64,000 nucleotides of DNA from Vulcanimicrobiota bacterium (lineage in GTDB: Bacteria > Vulcanimicrobiota > Vulcanimicrobiia > Vulcanimicrobiales > Vulcanimicrobiaceae): NCBI GenBank assembly GCA_963820825.1, contig CAWGBN010000009.1, forward strand, positions 64,001-128,000. Direction: 5' to 3'. The first letter of the stretch is position 1; each line of letters starts with the position of its first letter. Under the pieces are notes generated by a model. The model saw nothing but the letters and a program-made list of their open reading frames with translations, made no database searches and was not told where the DNA came from. Positions 22,038 to 33,892 of the stretch are shown here, piece by piece. The position numbers and the translations under genes are program-made.

Positions 22038-23176
22038 GCGATTCGAGCGGTTTTCAGGAGGTTTTCATAGAGGATTTGCATGCGATCGAGCTGACCGTCG
22101 ATCGAGAATCGCAGCGCGGCTTGGCGCACCGCGCCCGTCTCTGCAGTGCGGCCGCGAGGAACGTCGCCGAACGCCGCCGCGAAGGCCTCGGGCGTCGCCG
22201 GGACGACGCGTCCCGTCCCCCCGAGCACGTCGCGGTTCTGCGGCGCGTCGGCGGCGATCACATGGGCGCCGGCGGCCATTGCTTCGGCGAGTACGAGACC
22301 CTGGGTCTCGGTGGTGCTCGGCATCACGAACGCATCGGCACTCGCATAGAAGTCGGGGAGCCGATCGCGCGCGATGACGCCGAGGAAACGGACCGCGCCG
22401 GCGACGCCGATCTCGGCGGCGAGGCGCTCCAAGTCGGTGCGATACGGACCATCGCCCGCAATCACGAGTCTGAGTGAATCGTCGCCCGCCCGTTTGAGCG
22501 CCGCGAGCAACAGTTCGAGGTTCTTCTCTCTGGCCAGACGGCCGACGGAGAGGAGCATCCGCTCGTGGTCGCCGATGCCGATTCGCGCGCGCAGCGCCGC
22601 TTCGCGCCGCCCCGAGCCGTAGTGCGCTAGGTCGATGCCACTCGGCACGACTTCGATGCGAACGGTTACGCCAAGTTCGCGCAGGTGCGTCGCCATCGCC
22701 GGGGTCGGAACGACGACTGCATCGGCCGAGTTGGCGAACGTCCGCGTCAACTGCGCGGCGGCAAACCGCGTGGCATGCGCTTCGAACGGGATGTAATGCG
22801 CGTACGCTTCGAGTTGCGTGTGATACGTGTAGACGAGCGGCATGCCGTAACGGCGAGCGTACCGCGCGCCCATCCAGCCGGTGATGAACGGCGAATGGAC
22901 GTGGACGAGCGAGAGTCGCTTGATCACGGTATTGAGATTCCGCCGGCTGACCAGCGGCAGCGTCAGGCGATAGGGGGTGCGCGTCGGGAGCGGCAGCGAG
23001 GGCATCCGGAAGACCGGACCGTCGGCTTCGGCGTAGCCCGGCATGCGCGGGGCAAAGCAGTAGACCTCGTGACCGCGCCCCCGCAGACCCTCCGCAAGCG
23101 CCTCGACCGAGGCGACGACGCCGTTGACGACGGGGAGGTAAATCTCGGTGAAAAACCCCAGGCGCAGCGGCTCCAT
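22034..23176 (-). CDS. GT4 family glycosyltransferase (diacylglycerol glycosyltransferase-like)
   Basis: FTEIYLPVVNGV, HVHSPF, YHTQ, GRLAREKN, ETQGLVLAEAMAAG. Confidence 0.9.
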   Translation of the reverse strand: MEPLRLGFFTEIYLPVVNGVVASVEALAEGLRGRGHEVYCFAPRMPGYAEADGPVFRMPSLPLPTRTPYRLTLPLVSRRNLNTVIKRLSLVHVHSPFITGWMGARYARRYGMPLVYTYHTQLEAYAHYIPFEAHATRFAAAQLTRTFANSADAVVVPTPAMATHLRELGVTVRIEVVPSGIDLAHYGSGRREAALRARIGIGDHERMLLSVGRLAREKNLELLLAALKRAGDDSLRLVIAGDGPYRTDLERLAAEIGVAGAVRFLGVIARDRLPDFYASADAFVMPSTTETQGLVLAEAMAAGAHVIAADAPQNRDVLGGTGRVVPATPEAFAAAFGDVPRGRTAETGAVRQAALRFSIDGQLDRMQILYENLLKTARIA

Positions 23177-23475
23177 CTGGGCTCTTCCTTCGCCCTGCAA
23201 AGCAGCGGCGCCCGCAAAAGGAGTCACCTTCCAACTTGAGACTTTCAGCATATTCCCGCCGGACGGCGAATGTGCTATATTGCCCGGGTCAGGCCCGCCC
23301 GCCACGACGGAGAGCAGGCAGGCATGGGAATCTTCCGGCGATTCCGTCGCATCCAATCGCCCCGCGGCCGTCTAGCGCCGCTTCCCCAAACGCACGACTT
23401 GCGGTTCATCGTTCGATTTTTGCGTGGTGTGCATTCGAACCATGATGCGAGCCGAGAGAAGAAAGGAACCTCGGG

Positions 23476-24144
23476 TTGATCGGACGTCTGCTCTGCGCTG
23501 CACTCTTTATTGCGAGTCTCGGGATCCATCCGGCTGCGGCCGCGCCGGTTACGGCGGTGACGTGGCATCGGGACGGGGTCGTGACGTGGGAGCGCATCGA
23601 GCGCCGCACTACCGCCCCGCAAACGCTCCACCGGCTCAGTATCGGCCTGGCGCCCGGGCACTCGAAAGTCGTCGCCCACGGTCGCCCCGGTCTGGTCGAA
23701 GTCGCGACGCTCTACGCGCAGCGCGACGGCGGACCGGTTCACCGGACCGTTCTCTCTTCGAAGGTTCTGGTCGCGTCGAAGCCGCGGATCGTCGCCGACG
23801 GCATCGGCTCGGCCTCCCTGGCGAGTTTTGAGGCCCACGGGCTCATCCACATGGCATACATGGCGCGCAGCGCTATCGAAATGCTAGCCACCGCCTATAC
23901 CGCCGGTTCGGCGGGAGGCAGCGGCTGGACCGCGATCGGACGCCGCGCCGGCTACGGCGTCGTTGCGGTCGATCCGCGCGTGATCCCGCTCGGGACGCAC
24001 CTCTACATCCCAGGCTACGGCGTAGCCATCGCGGGCGACACCGGCGGCGCGATCGTTGGAAACCGCATCGATCTCGGATTCGACTCGCTGCGCGATGCGA
24101 TGCTCTTCGGCCGGCGCGACGTTAAAGTCTATCGGCTCAAATAG
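23476..24144 (+). CDS. Secreted G5 + 3D domain protein (YabE/RpfB-like cell-wall lytic protein)
   Basis: Signal peptide; G5-like middle; 3D domain ATAY...VAVDPRVIPLGT..IPGYG..AGDTGGAIVGNRIDL; precedes rsmA. Confidence 0.85.
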   Translation: MIGRLLCAALFIASLGIHPAAAAPVTAVTWHRDGVVTWERIERRTTAPQTLHRLSIGLAPGHSKVVAHGRPGLVEVATLYAQRDGGPVHRTVLSSKVLVASKPRIVADGIGSASLASFEAHGLIHMAYMARSAIEMLATAYTAGSAGGSGWTAIGRRAGYGVVAVDPRVIPLGTHLYIPGYGVAIAGDTGGAIVGNRIDLGFDSLRDAMLFGRRDVKVYRLK

Positions 24145-24159
24145 CGAAATAACTGCGGG

Positions 24160-24990
24160 GTGACGACGCCCCGCCAAATGCTCGCGCAGGCCGGTCTCTC
24201 CCCGAAAAAACGCTTCGGACAGAACTTCCTGCAGAACGAGCCCGCCGCGCGGAAGATCGCGCAGCTCGCGCTCGACGGCGCGCCCGCGGGCATCCGAACC
24301 CTCGAAATCGGCGCCGGTACCGGTGCGCTCACCCGAGCGCTCCTCGATCTCGGTGCCGACCTCACCGGGCTCGAAATCGATCGCGATCTCGTCGCGCTCT
24401 TGCGCGCGCGCGACGATTTGCACGGCGTGACCATTGTCGAAGCCGACGCGCTCGAGTTCGATTATCGCGCATGGGCGGCGAACCGGCATTGGCTCGTTGC
24501 CGGAAATCTGCCGTATAACGTCGCAACGCCATTGATGCTGCGGCTCATCGAGATGAACGGGGGACCCGATTGCCTTACCGTCATGGTGCAGCGCGACGTC
24601 GCCGAACGCCTCGTCGCGGTACCGGGCTCGCCGGCGTACGGCAGCCTCTCGGTCGCGGTGCAGTTCGCGATGCACGCGCGAATCGCGTTCGCTCTTTCGC
24701 CCGGCTCCTTCTTTCCCTCGCCGAACGTCGACTCGAGCGTCGTTCGGCTCGTACGCCGCGCGACGCCGGCGGTCCATCCGCGCGATCTTCCGACCTTTTG
24801 GAAGGTCGTGCGTGGCGCGTTCGCGTACCGGCGAAAAACGCTCGCAAATACGCTCGCGCTCGCACTCGATCTCGATCGAGCGCGGATCCTGCGGGCGCTC
24901 GAATCGAGCAACCTCTCTCCGGAGCTTCGCGGTGAACGACTCGACCTCGGCGATTTCGCCCGCTTGGCCGACGCGCTGGCCGAAGAATAG
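24160..24990 (+). CDS. rsmA: 16S rRNA m6,2A dimethyltransferase
   Basis: KKRFGQNFL, EIGAGTGALT, GNLPYNV, F.PSPNVDS, RRKTL. Confidence 0.96.
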   Translation: MTTPRQMLAQAGLSPKKRFGQNFLQNEPAARKIAQLALDGAPAGIRTLEIGAGTGALTRALLDLGADLTGLEIDRDLVALLRARDDLHGVTIVEADALEFDYRAWAANRHWLVAGNLPYNVATPLMLRLIEMNGGPDCLTVMVQRDVAERLVAVPGSPAYGSLSVAVQFAMHARIAFALSPGSFFPSPNVDSSVVRLVRRATPAVHPRDLPTFWKVVRGAFAYRRKTLANTLALALDLDRARILRALESSNLSPELRGERLDLGDFARLADALAEE

Positions 24991-25672
24991 TTTCAAGAGC
25001 CTCTGGACGTGGATCATTGCGGTCTTCATAGCCGGGCTCTTCGTTGCCGTCTTTTTCTTTAGCTTAAAGAATCCGCCGCCCGCAAACGTCACGCCTCTCG
25101 AGGTAGATTTCGTCCTCGGCATTCAGTTCGTCATCGACGCATTGCTCGTGGCCTTGGTCCTTGCGACGCTCCCGGCGCTTGCGAAGTTCACGCTGCGCGA
25201 GCTCGGCTTTCGCACACCCAATCCGGCAACGCTCGTCACCGCCCTGATCGGTTTCGTCGTCATGTTCGTCGTCGCCAACGGAAGCGCGGCGATTATTGAC
25301 TACTACTCGGGGCGCACGCACCCGCAAGACATCGTCCAGATGTTCAAGCACCTGCACGACCCGGTAACGGTCGGCATCTTCGTGGTCTTCGCCGTGCTCT
25401 TCGCGCCCTTTACCGAGGAGACGCTCTTTCGCGTCTTCTTCTTCAACCTCGGCCTTCGCTACGGCGGTTTCTGGGGAGGCGCGGTTCTCAGCGGAATCCT
25501 CTTCGGAATCGCACACGGCGACCCGTATGCCGCGCTTCCGCTCGCGCTGGGCGGCATCGTGCTCTGCGCCGTCTACTACCGCACGCGCAACGCGTACGCC
25601 TCGATGATCTCGCACGCGCTCTTCAACGCCGTCTCGATCGTCACGCTCCTGGCCACGCCGAAGATCACGTAA
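24932..25672 (+). CDS. CPBP (CAAX/Abi) intramembrane glutamic protease
   Basis: APFTEETLFR, FGIAHG, HALFN; GTG 24932 with GGAG SD (start uncertain). Confidence 0.85.
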   Translation: MNDSTSAISPAWPTRWPKNSFKSLWTWIIAVFIAGLFVAVFFFSLKNPPPANVTPLEVDFVLGIQFVIDALLVALVLATLPALAKFTLRELGFRTPNPATLVTALIGFVVMFVVANGSAAIIDYYSGRTHPQDIVQMFKHLHDPVTVGIFVVFAVLFAPFTEETLFRVFFFNLGLRYGGFWGGAVLSGILFGIAHGDPYAALPLALGGIVLCAVYYRTRNAYASMISHALFNAVSIVTLLATPKIT

Positions 25673-26750
25673 GCGCTTCTACCGCGTCGACGACCGCGCC
25701 GGCGCCGATCGCCTGGGTGTCGAGATAGATCAAGCGGTGTAGCAGCTCCGGCGGCTTCGTCGTGCTCGCCGGGCGCCGATCGAAGCCGCGATCGCGCACG
25801 TATCGGCCGACGATGTGAATCGCATTGGCGTTCGGCTCGTCGTACCAATCGGGATGGTGCGCGATCCAAAGACCGATCGTCGGGATGCCGCCGCGTGCGA
25901 GCGTTACGTGCAGCGGACCGGCCGGAATGCCGGCGAAGAGCTCGATGCGATTCGCGAACGCCTTATAGAGCCGCGCGAACGGCTCGTCGAGGTCGCCGAA
26001 GAGCGCGCGAAACCCGGCTACGCTGTCGCCCAGATTCTCGTCCTCCATCGAAATGAAGCGCCAGGCCGGCGATTTCCGCTGCATCGCCGCGACGAACGCG
26101 CGGGCTTCGGATCCATCCCCCCAGTTCTTCCGCGCGGCGGTGACGCCGCTTCGCGAGATCACGCCCAAACGCATCGGCGGCTGCATAAACTGCGCGAGAC
26201 GTTCGTCGACCGCGCGCTGCGCGGCCGGCGGCGCGGTAAAGTCGAGCGCGTTGGCGAGCGGATTGGCGAGGTCGAGGCCGGCGAGACGCTCGGGACGAAC
26301 GAGGAGCCGCGCCGCGTTGCGCGCCTTGGTGTGAAACGGATAGGGCGTTCGACCCTCCGTCTCCGGATAATCGGTCCAGAGGAGAATCTCCGGCGCGAAC
26401 CGGAGCACCGCGCCGTCGAGCGGCGGCGGAACGTCGAGATTCACCGTGCGTCCGTTGCATTGCTTCAAGCGCAGACCGAAGTGCGGCGAGCCGAGTGGGG
26501 CTCCGTCACTCGGAGCGCGCACGCCGGAGAAGAGCGGCTTGACTCCGGCGCATCCCTCCGCGAGCGCGACGTAGTCGTCTCCGAAGCGCGTGATCGCGTA
26601 TTCGTTGGAGGGTTCGAGCAGCGGCGCGAGCGTTCCGAAATGGACCCAATCGCCGAGGCCGTGCGGCCAATAGATCAGCACGCGCCGCTCGCGCAGCGCG
26701 GCGAAGCGCCCGCGATCGTCGCGAACGGCCGGCAGCGCGAGCCTCGTCAC
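25665..26750 (-). CDS. GT-B glycosyltransferase-like protein (GT9-like)
   Basis: LIYWPHGLGDWVH, KNW, FAGIPAGPLHV..A..IPTIGLW resemble heptosyltransferase motifs. Confidence 0.6.
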   Translation of the reverse strand: MTRLALPAVRDDRGRFAALRERRVLIYWPHGLGDWVHFGTLAPLLEPSNEYAITRFGDDYVALAEGCAGVKPLFSGVRAPSDGAPLGSPHFGLRLKQCNGRTVNLDVPPPLDGAVLRFAPEILLWTDYPETEGRTPYPFHTKARNAARLLVRPERLAGLDLANPLANALDFTAPPAAQRAVDERLAQFMQPPMRLGVISRSGVTAARKNWGDGSEARAFVAAMQRKSPAWRFISMEDENLGDSVAGFRALFGDLDEPFARLYKAFANRIELFAGIPAGPLHVTLARGGIPTIGLWIAHHPDWYDEPNANAIHIVGRYVRDRGFDRRPASTTKPPELLHRLIYLDTQAIGAGAVVDAVEALT

Positions 26751-26752
26751 GC

Positions 26753-28045
26753 TCAACGCCCGATCGGCACGCCGCCGCAGACGTGCGCGGGCGCATGCCC
26801 GCGCAGACTGCCGAAGAATGCCGCGGCGTTCGTATCGTATGCGGGACATCCCGGGAAGTGCGGATCGGGGCGCGGATCCAGCCGAACCTTCGGATTCGCC
26901 GCGGCGACGGCCCAAACGCCTTCTTCGCCTCGCTCGATCGTCGCGCTCGATCCGCTCTCGCGCAGCGCAACGGCCTGCGCGTACGCGTTCCAATCGACGA
27001 CGTAGGGCCAACGCCCCGGACGAAGCACGGCATCGTTGAAGAGCAGCATCACGACGAGCGCGCAGGGAATCATCCAGCGGGCGAAACGCACGTCGCTCGC
27101 GGCACCGAAGGCCGCCGCAACGGCGGTTGCCGCCAAGAGCGGCGCCGCGTAATGCGAACCGATCCGGCTCGGCTCGTAGTTCCACGGCAGCATGAAGACG
27201 ATCTCGGCAAGCAGCGGCAGGGAGAGCAGCAGCCATCGGCGCACGGCGAGCGGCGCGAAGGCAAAGGGTGCGAGCAGCAGCACGACCATGCTCAGCTTGC
27301 TCCATGGGTTGAAAATCTGCAGCGAATACCCAGGATCGTTCGGCCGAATGCCCGACAGATGCTCGACCACCCAAAAGCCGGCGCCATTGAGAACGGCGAG
27401 TAGGACGAGCGCGATACCGATGCGGCGATCCCACCAGATGGCGCACGCCGCACCGAACCACACCACGAAGAGAATCTCGTCCTCTTTCAATCCCATCGCC
27501 AGCTGCGCGACGATCAGCGTCCACCAGAACGCGCGCCGGCGCGCGGCCAGCGCTCCGCAGATCGCGAGCACCGGCACGAAAACGTTCTCGGAGAAGTTGT
27601 CGTAGCTCAACCCCTGGGCCGCCGGCGATAAGAGATACGCGATCGCCAGCACGTTCGCTGCGCGCGCGGCCAAGCCGAGCTCGCGCGCGAGCAGCGCGAG
27701 CGGAATCGCGGCGGCCGCGACGGCGACCACCTGCACGACGATGAGCGTCTGCGCCATTGGGAAGAGCGCGACGAGCGGAACGAGCGCCGTCAACACCCAC
27801 GAATCGTGAACGCCGAAGTGCGCGCGCCACTCGCCGTAGTTCCACGACGAGCCGTGCCGCATATTGACCAGCGTCTGCAGATACGTGCCGAGATCGGCGC
27901 CGTACCGCAGCGCGTAAAGTTTATTGAAGTCGAGCGCGACGTAGACCGCAGCATAGATCGCTACGGCGATATAGGTCGCGCGCAACTCGGCGCGACGCGG
28001 CGTGGAACCAGCAGCGCGGATTCGAAGACGCCCGTCGCTTCTCAT
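26753..28045 (-). CDS. DUF2079-like multi-pass membrane protein (GT-C-like)
   Basis: DLGTYLQTL, HFGVH, YDNFSEN, KEDE, HYAAP; many TM helices. Confidence 0.7.
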   Translation of the reverse strand: MRSDGRLRIRAAGSTPRRAELRATYIAVAIYAAVYVALDFNKLYALRYGADLGTYLQTLVNMRHGSSWNYGEWRAHFGVHDSWVLTALVPLVALFPMAQTLIVVQVVAVAAAAIPLALLARELGLAARAANVLAIAYLLSPAAQGLSYDNFSENVFVPVLAICGALAARRRAFWWTLIVAQLAMGLKEDEILFVVWFGAACAIWWDRRIGIALVLLAVLNGAGFWVVEHLSGIRPNDPGYSLQIFNPWSKLSMVVLLLAPFAFAPLAVRRWLLLSLPLLAEIVFMLPWNYEPSRIGSHYAAPLLAATAVAAAFGAASDVRFARWMIPCALVVMLLFNDAVLRPGRWPYVVDWNAYAQAVALRESGSSATIERGEEGVWAVAAANPKVRLDPRPDPHFPGCPAYDTNAAAFFGSLRGHAPAHVCGGVPIGR

Positions 28046-29136
28046 CCGGCTGCTGGTTCCGCGCCGCTTTCGCGTTTCTCTCGATAGACGCGCTCGACGA
28101 TCGCGCGAAGCTGCTCGATAAAGCGCGCCGGTGAGAACCGCTCGGCATGCGCGCGCAACCGCTGCGGTTCGAAGCGAGAGGCGTCGAAGGTTCGCAGCGT
28201 TGCGGCAAGCGATTCGGGAATCGGGTCGTCGAAGAAGTCCCCCGTCTTACCCTCGACAATCGTTTCGAGCGCGCCGCCCGCGCGATACGCGATCGTCGGG
28301 CGTCCGGCGGCGGCCGCTTCGAGCGGAACCAAGCCGAAGTCTTCTTCGCCCGGCACGATCGCCGCGCGAGCCTCGCCGATTAGCTCGTTGAGGCGTTGGT
28401 CCGAGACGTAACCGAGCATGATCGTCGTCGTTCCCCGTGCAATTTCGTGCAACGCCATCTCGGCCGGACCGCTTCCGGCGACGAGCAGCGGAACGTTCGC
28501 GAGCGCGGCCGCGCGGATGGCGAGCTCGACGCGTTTGTAGGGCAGCAGACGGGTCGCGACGACGAAGTAGTCGCCGGCGCCGGAGCCGACGGTGAAGCGA
28601 TCCAGGTCGACCGGGCAGTGCAAGACGTCGCTATCGCGACCGTAGTACGTTTCGATCCGGCGCGCGACGTTGCGCGAGTTTGCGACGAATCGCGTCGGGC
28701 GTTGGGCCGCGGCGCGATCCCACGCGATCAAGCCGTTGACGAACGGGCGCGCGAAACCCGGGACGTATTCGTCGGGCGCAAAGGCGAAGCGGCTGACCGT
28801 GTTGATGTAGCAGACGTGCACCGCCCCCGCGGGGACGCGCACGCCCTTCGACCACGAGGTCGTCGAGCTGACGATCGCGTCGTACGCGCGCAGATCGAAC
28901 GATTCGAAGGCGCGCGGATAGAGCGGCGCGAGCGGGCGAAACCATCGGTTTGCAAAGGGTATTCGGGCGAGATACGACGCCCGAACCCGCGCGCGCAAAA
29001 AGGTATCGCCGAGCGCGCGCTCGTCGTAGAGCGCCGTATAGATCGGTGCGTCGGGCCACGCGCGGGCAATGTGCGCGAAGACGCGCTCGGCGCCGCCGCG
29101 CTGATTCAGATAATCGTGAACCAGCGCAACGTTCAT
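28042..29136 (-). CDS. GT4 family glycosyltransferase
   Basis: ALVHDYLNQRGGAERV, RLLPYKR, EEDFGLVPLEA. Confidence 0.9.
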   Translation of the reverse strand: MNVALVHDYLNQRGGAERVFAHIARAWPDAPIYTALYDERALGDTFLRARVRASYLARIPFANRWFRPLAPLYPRAFESFDLRAYDAIVSSTTSWSKGVRVPAGAVHVCYINTVSRFAFAPDEYVPGFARPFVNGLIAWDRAAAQRPTRFVANSRNVARRIETYYGRDSDVLHCPVDLDRFTVGSGAGDYFVVATRLLPYKRVELAIRAAALANVPLLVAGSGPAEMALHEIARGTTTIMLGYVSDQRLNELIGEARAAIVPGEEDFGLVPLEAAAAGRPTIAYRAGGALETIVEGKTGDFFDDPIPESLAATLRTFDASRFEPQRLRAHAERFSPARFIEQLRAIVERVYREKRESGAEPAAG

Positions 29137-29147
29137 AATCTCAGGAC

Positions 29148-29249
29148 AACGAGGAGCTGATTCGCTTGACGCCTAGGCGACGAAAGGCGACGTGTGCTTT
29201 GCACACGAGCGTTTCGGCAACAACGGCGTGAAGCGAATCAGCCCTCGTT
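29148..29249. repeat. About 100-bp long imperfect hairpin / inverted-repeat element
   Basis: AACGAGG-A-GCTGATTCGCTT-G-ACGCC pairs with GGCGT-G-AAGCGAATCAGC-CCTCGTT; apical CGTGTGC-TTT-GCACACG. Confidence 0.65.
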
Positions 29250-30586
29250 TAGTCTTGTAGATTTGTGCCTCGCGGCAATACCAGCGCGATCATCGGATTG
29301 CCCAGATAGGTGCGGGCAACGCGCTGAACGTCGTCGGGTGTCGTCGTCGAGATTGCTTCCAAGGCGCGGTTGATGAAGTCGGGCGACGAGCTTTCGCTGG
29401 AAAAGACTGCGGCGAGCCATGCGCGCGTCTCGAGCGTCGTCGCATCGCTGGCAAAATCACCGGCGGCTTCGGCTTTGAACTCTTCGATCGAGCCCTGCAG
29501 GCGGGTCGCTGCGAGCACGTTGACGACCGAGAGCGCGGTCGCGAAGGCGCGGCTCGGATTCCCTTCCAAACCGCCGTTGACGTAGAGCACCAGCGTCGCG
29601 GGCGCGCGATCGTATGCGTAGACCGCACCGACGGAACGCGAGGCGAAGGTCGGCGAGACGACTCCGGGCACTTGTGCGATGTCGGAGAGCGTGCGCCGGA
29701 TGAATGCCGCCAAGACGAGCATCGGACCGAAGTCGCGGCTGTCGACCTTCGGCGCCGGATATTGCGCGATCAGCCATGGCGAGGCGATGTCGCGATGCGC
29801 GACGATTTCGTGCGTTGCGCCGTTGAGCGCCGGTACGCGCACCGCGACCGGAGCCGTGTTCCCCTCGGGGAGCGCGGAGGCGAGCGCCGTAAGCGCGTCG
29901 GGCGGCAGCGTGTCGAGCCGGCCCGCGGCGCTGACGAGCACGCCGCCGCGTCGATAGTATCGCTGATAGAACGCGCGTGCGTCGGCGGCGAAAAACTGCG
30001 CGAGCGAGTTGGGCGTTCCCAACTCGGGTAGACCCGCATTTGCCTGCGAGCTCGACGCTGCGTTGAGCATATCGAGACCGACTTGCAGCGCGATCTGCTG
30101 CGTCTGCGCGATCTCGCGAACGAGCGCCGCGCGCGCGTCGCGCACCGTCGCCGGCGAGAAATCGGGCGCCGCAATCGCACGGCGGAAGAGATCGAGCACG
30201 GCCGGTGCGTCGTCGGCGAGCGCTTCGACGTAAAACCGCACGTCGCTCGGATCGACGGTGAAGCGGATCGAGCCGCCGCGCGCCGCAATCGCATCTTCCA
30301 GCGGCATCGCCGTCGCGTTGCCGGCAACCGAAACCGGTGTGTGGACGATCGTCTCGGCGACGAGCGCGGCCAATCCGTTCTCCTTGAGCGTCTGCCGGTC
30401 GAGACCGGCGCGCACGACGTAGGCGACACCGATGAGCGCGGCGGCGCTATCGGATTGACGGACGATCGTCGCGCCGGCGGCGCTCTCGAGGCTGGGAATC
30501 GGCACGGCCGCCGCCGCGAGCGTCGGACTCGGTACCAGCGAGATCGCGAGCGCCGCGAGCGTACAGAGCGGGAACGGCGACCTCAC
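29249..30586 (-). CDS. Secreted M16 (insulinase)-like protein, no HXXEH
   Basis: RAG...ENGLAALVAETI, GGSIRF, FYQRYYR, TPDDVQRVARTYL; signal peptide. Confidence 0.75.
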   Translation of the reverse strand: MRSPFPLCTLAALAISLVPSPTLAAAAVPIPSLESAAGATIVRQSDSAAALIGVAYVVRAGLDRQTLKENGLAALVAETIVHTPVSVAGNATAMPLEDAIAARGGSIRFTVDPSDVRFYVEALADDAPAVLDLFRRAIAAPDFSPATVRDARAALVREIAQTQQIALQVGLDMLNAASSSQANAGLPELGTPNSLAQFFAADARAFYQRYYRRGGVLVSAAGRLDTLPPDALTALASALPEGNTAPVAVRVPALNGATHEIVAHRDIASPWLIAQYPAPKVDSRDFGPMLVLAAFIRRTLSDIAQVPGVVSPTFASRSVGAVYAYDRAPATLVLYVNGGLEGNPSRAFATALSVVNVLAATRLQGSIEEFKAEAAGDFASDATTLETRAWLAAVFSSESSSPDFINRALEAISTTTPDDVQRVARTYLGNPMIALVLPRGTNLQD

Positions 30587-31886
30587 GGCGTGGACTCCTT
30601 CTGCGGAGTGGTCGCGACCAAATCGACGACCACGGGTTTGCCGAGATAGCGACGCACGACGTCGGCGACGTACTGCGGATCGAGCGAGCGCGCCGTCTGC
30701 TCGTAGGAACCTTTGGTAATGCCGGGCGCGTAAGCGAGACTGCCCTCGACGGTATACCAGCCGAGATTGTCGGCGCGTTGTTGCGGGGTCTGCGTGTCGG
30801 CGGCGACGTGATAGAGAAAGGCCTCGCGGGCCGCGTCGAACGTCTGCCGGTCCATCGGTTGCTGCAGAGCCGAGAGCGATTCGAGCACGCGCTGCTCGGC
30901 CTGTTTTTCGTGATCGCCCCCGATGGTCACGAGCATCACGCCCGGGTCGTGAAGGGTGATGAACTGTCCGACGACGAGCGCGGTGCTCTGCGACTTATCG
31001 AGAGCGCTGGTAACGACGCCGGTCTGCTCCCGAAAGAGATAGTCGGCGATAAAATCGAGCGCGGTTGCGGCTTTCTGGTCGGCGATCGGCGGGCCGATCC
31101 ACGCCAGACCAACGCCGTCGACCGAACCCGTGCTCGTGCTCGATGCGGGGGCCGCGGCGAGCGTGGAGTCGTACGGGTGATCCATCGAGCCCGACCCGCT
31201 ACCGTCGGTGACCGCGGCGACGCTCGTCGCGTCGACGTTTCCGGTCAACGTGAGCACCGCGTTCTCCGCGCGGAATGCGCGTTTGGCGAAGTCGCCGACT
31301 TGCTTCGCGGAGATGCTGGTGAGCTGCGAAACCGAGGTCGGCAGCGGCGGATAGTGTTCGGGACCGCCGGCGAAGATCTGCGCGAAGAGCAGATCGTGCA
31401 GCGTCGTATCCGATTCGTAGCGCTGCTGCACGCCGAGGACGGCCGCATTCGCGCGCGCGGTTTTTACCGCGGTCTCGTCAACGGACGGAGCGAAATATGC
31501 GGCGGTCATCGCGGCCACGACGCGCCGCGCCGACGATGCGGGAACGATGGCCGCAATTCCGACGATATCCGGATAGACCTGGATATTGAGTTGGCCGCCG
31601 AGGGTGTGGACCAATGCGTAGAGCGACCTTCCGCTCGCGAGCGGCGAGATCGCCGCCGCCGTCGCGGCTAAGTTCGAAATGCCGGGCGTTGCGTTGTCGT
31701 ATCCCGCGCCCGGCGCGCGGAACCAGAGACCGATGGCGGCCGTTCCGACCGTCGGGTCGGGATCGAGAATGTAGGAACCGCCGCGCGGGAGCGGGCTGAG
31801 CTCTTGCATCGCCGCAGCCGCCGGGGACGGGACCAAGCCAAACGATGCGATGCCAAGCACCGCAGCCGCGAGCGCCGCTCGAATCA

Positions 31887-31890
<4 letters not shown>
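30583..31890 (-). CDS. Secreted M16 (insulinase)-like protein, no HXXEH
   Basis: LWFRAPG...PGISNLAAT, GGQLN, FRAENAVLTLTGNVD, VVRRYL; signal peptide. Confidence 0.75.
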
Positions 31891-33803
<1,913 letters not shown>

Positions 33804-33892
33804 GTTGCGGTTAGATTTCCTTATGCTACAAACCGCAACCTATAAGGAAGTCGTTGCGGGCTGCCGAGCGACCAGGCGCTTAATGTTCTTCG

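Noticed and set aside
23282..23475. c-di-AMP (ydaO) riboswitch
   Set aside because: Conserved ydaO sequence blocks were not found; kept only as an unclassified structured leader
25665..27845. 726-aa ORF
   Set aside because: The N-terminal half is an alternate frame of the DUF2079 gene; the real gene starts at 26750
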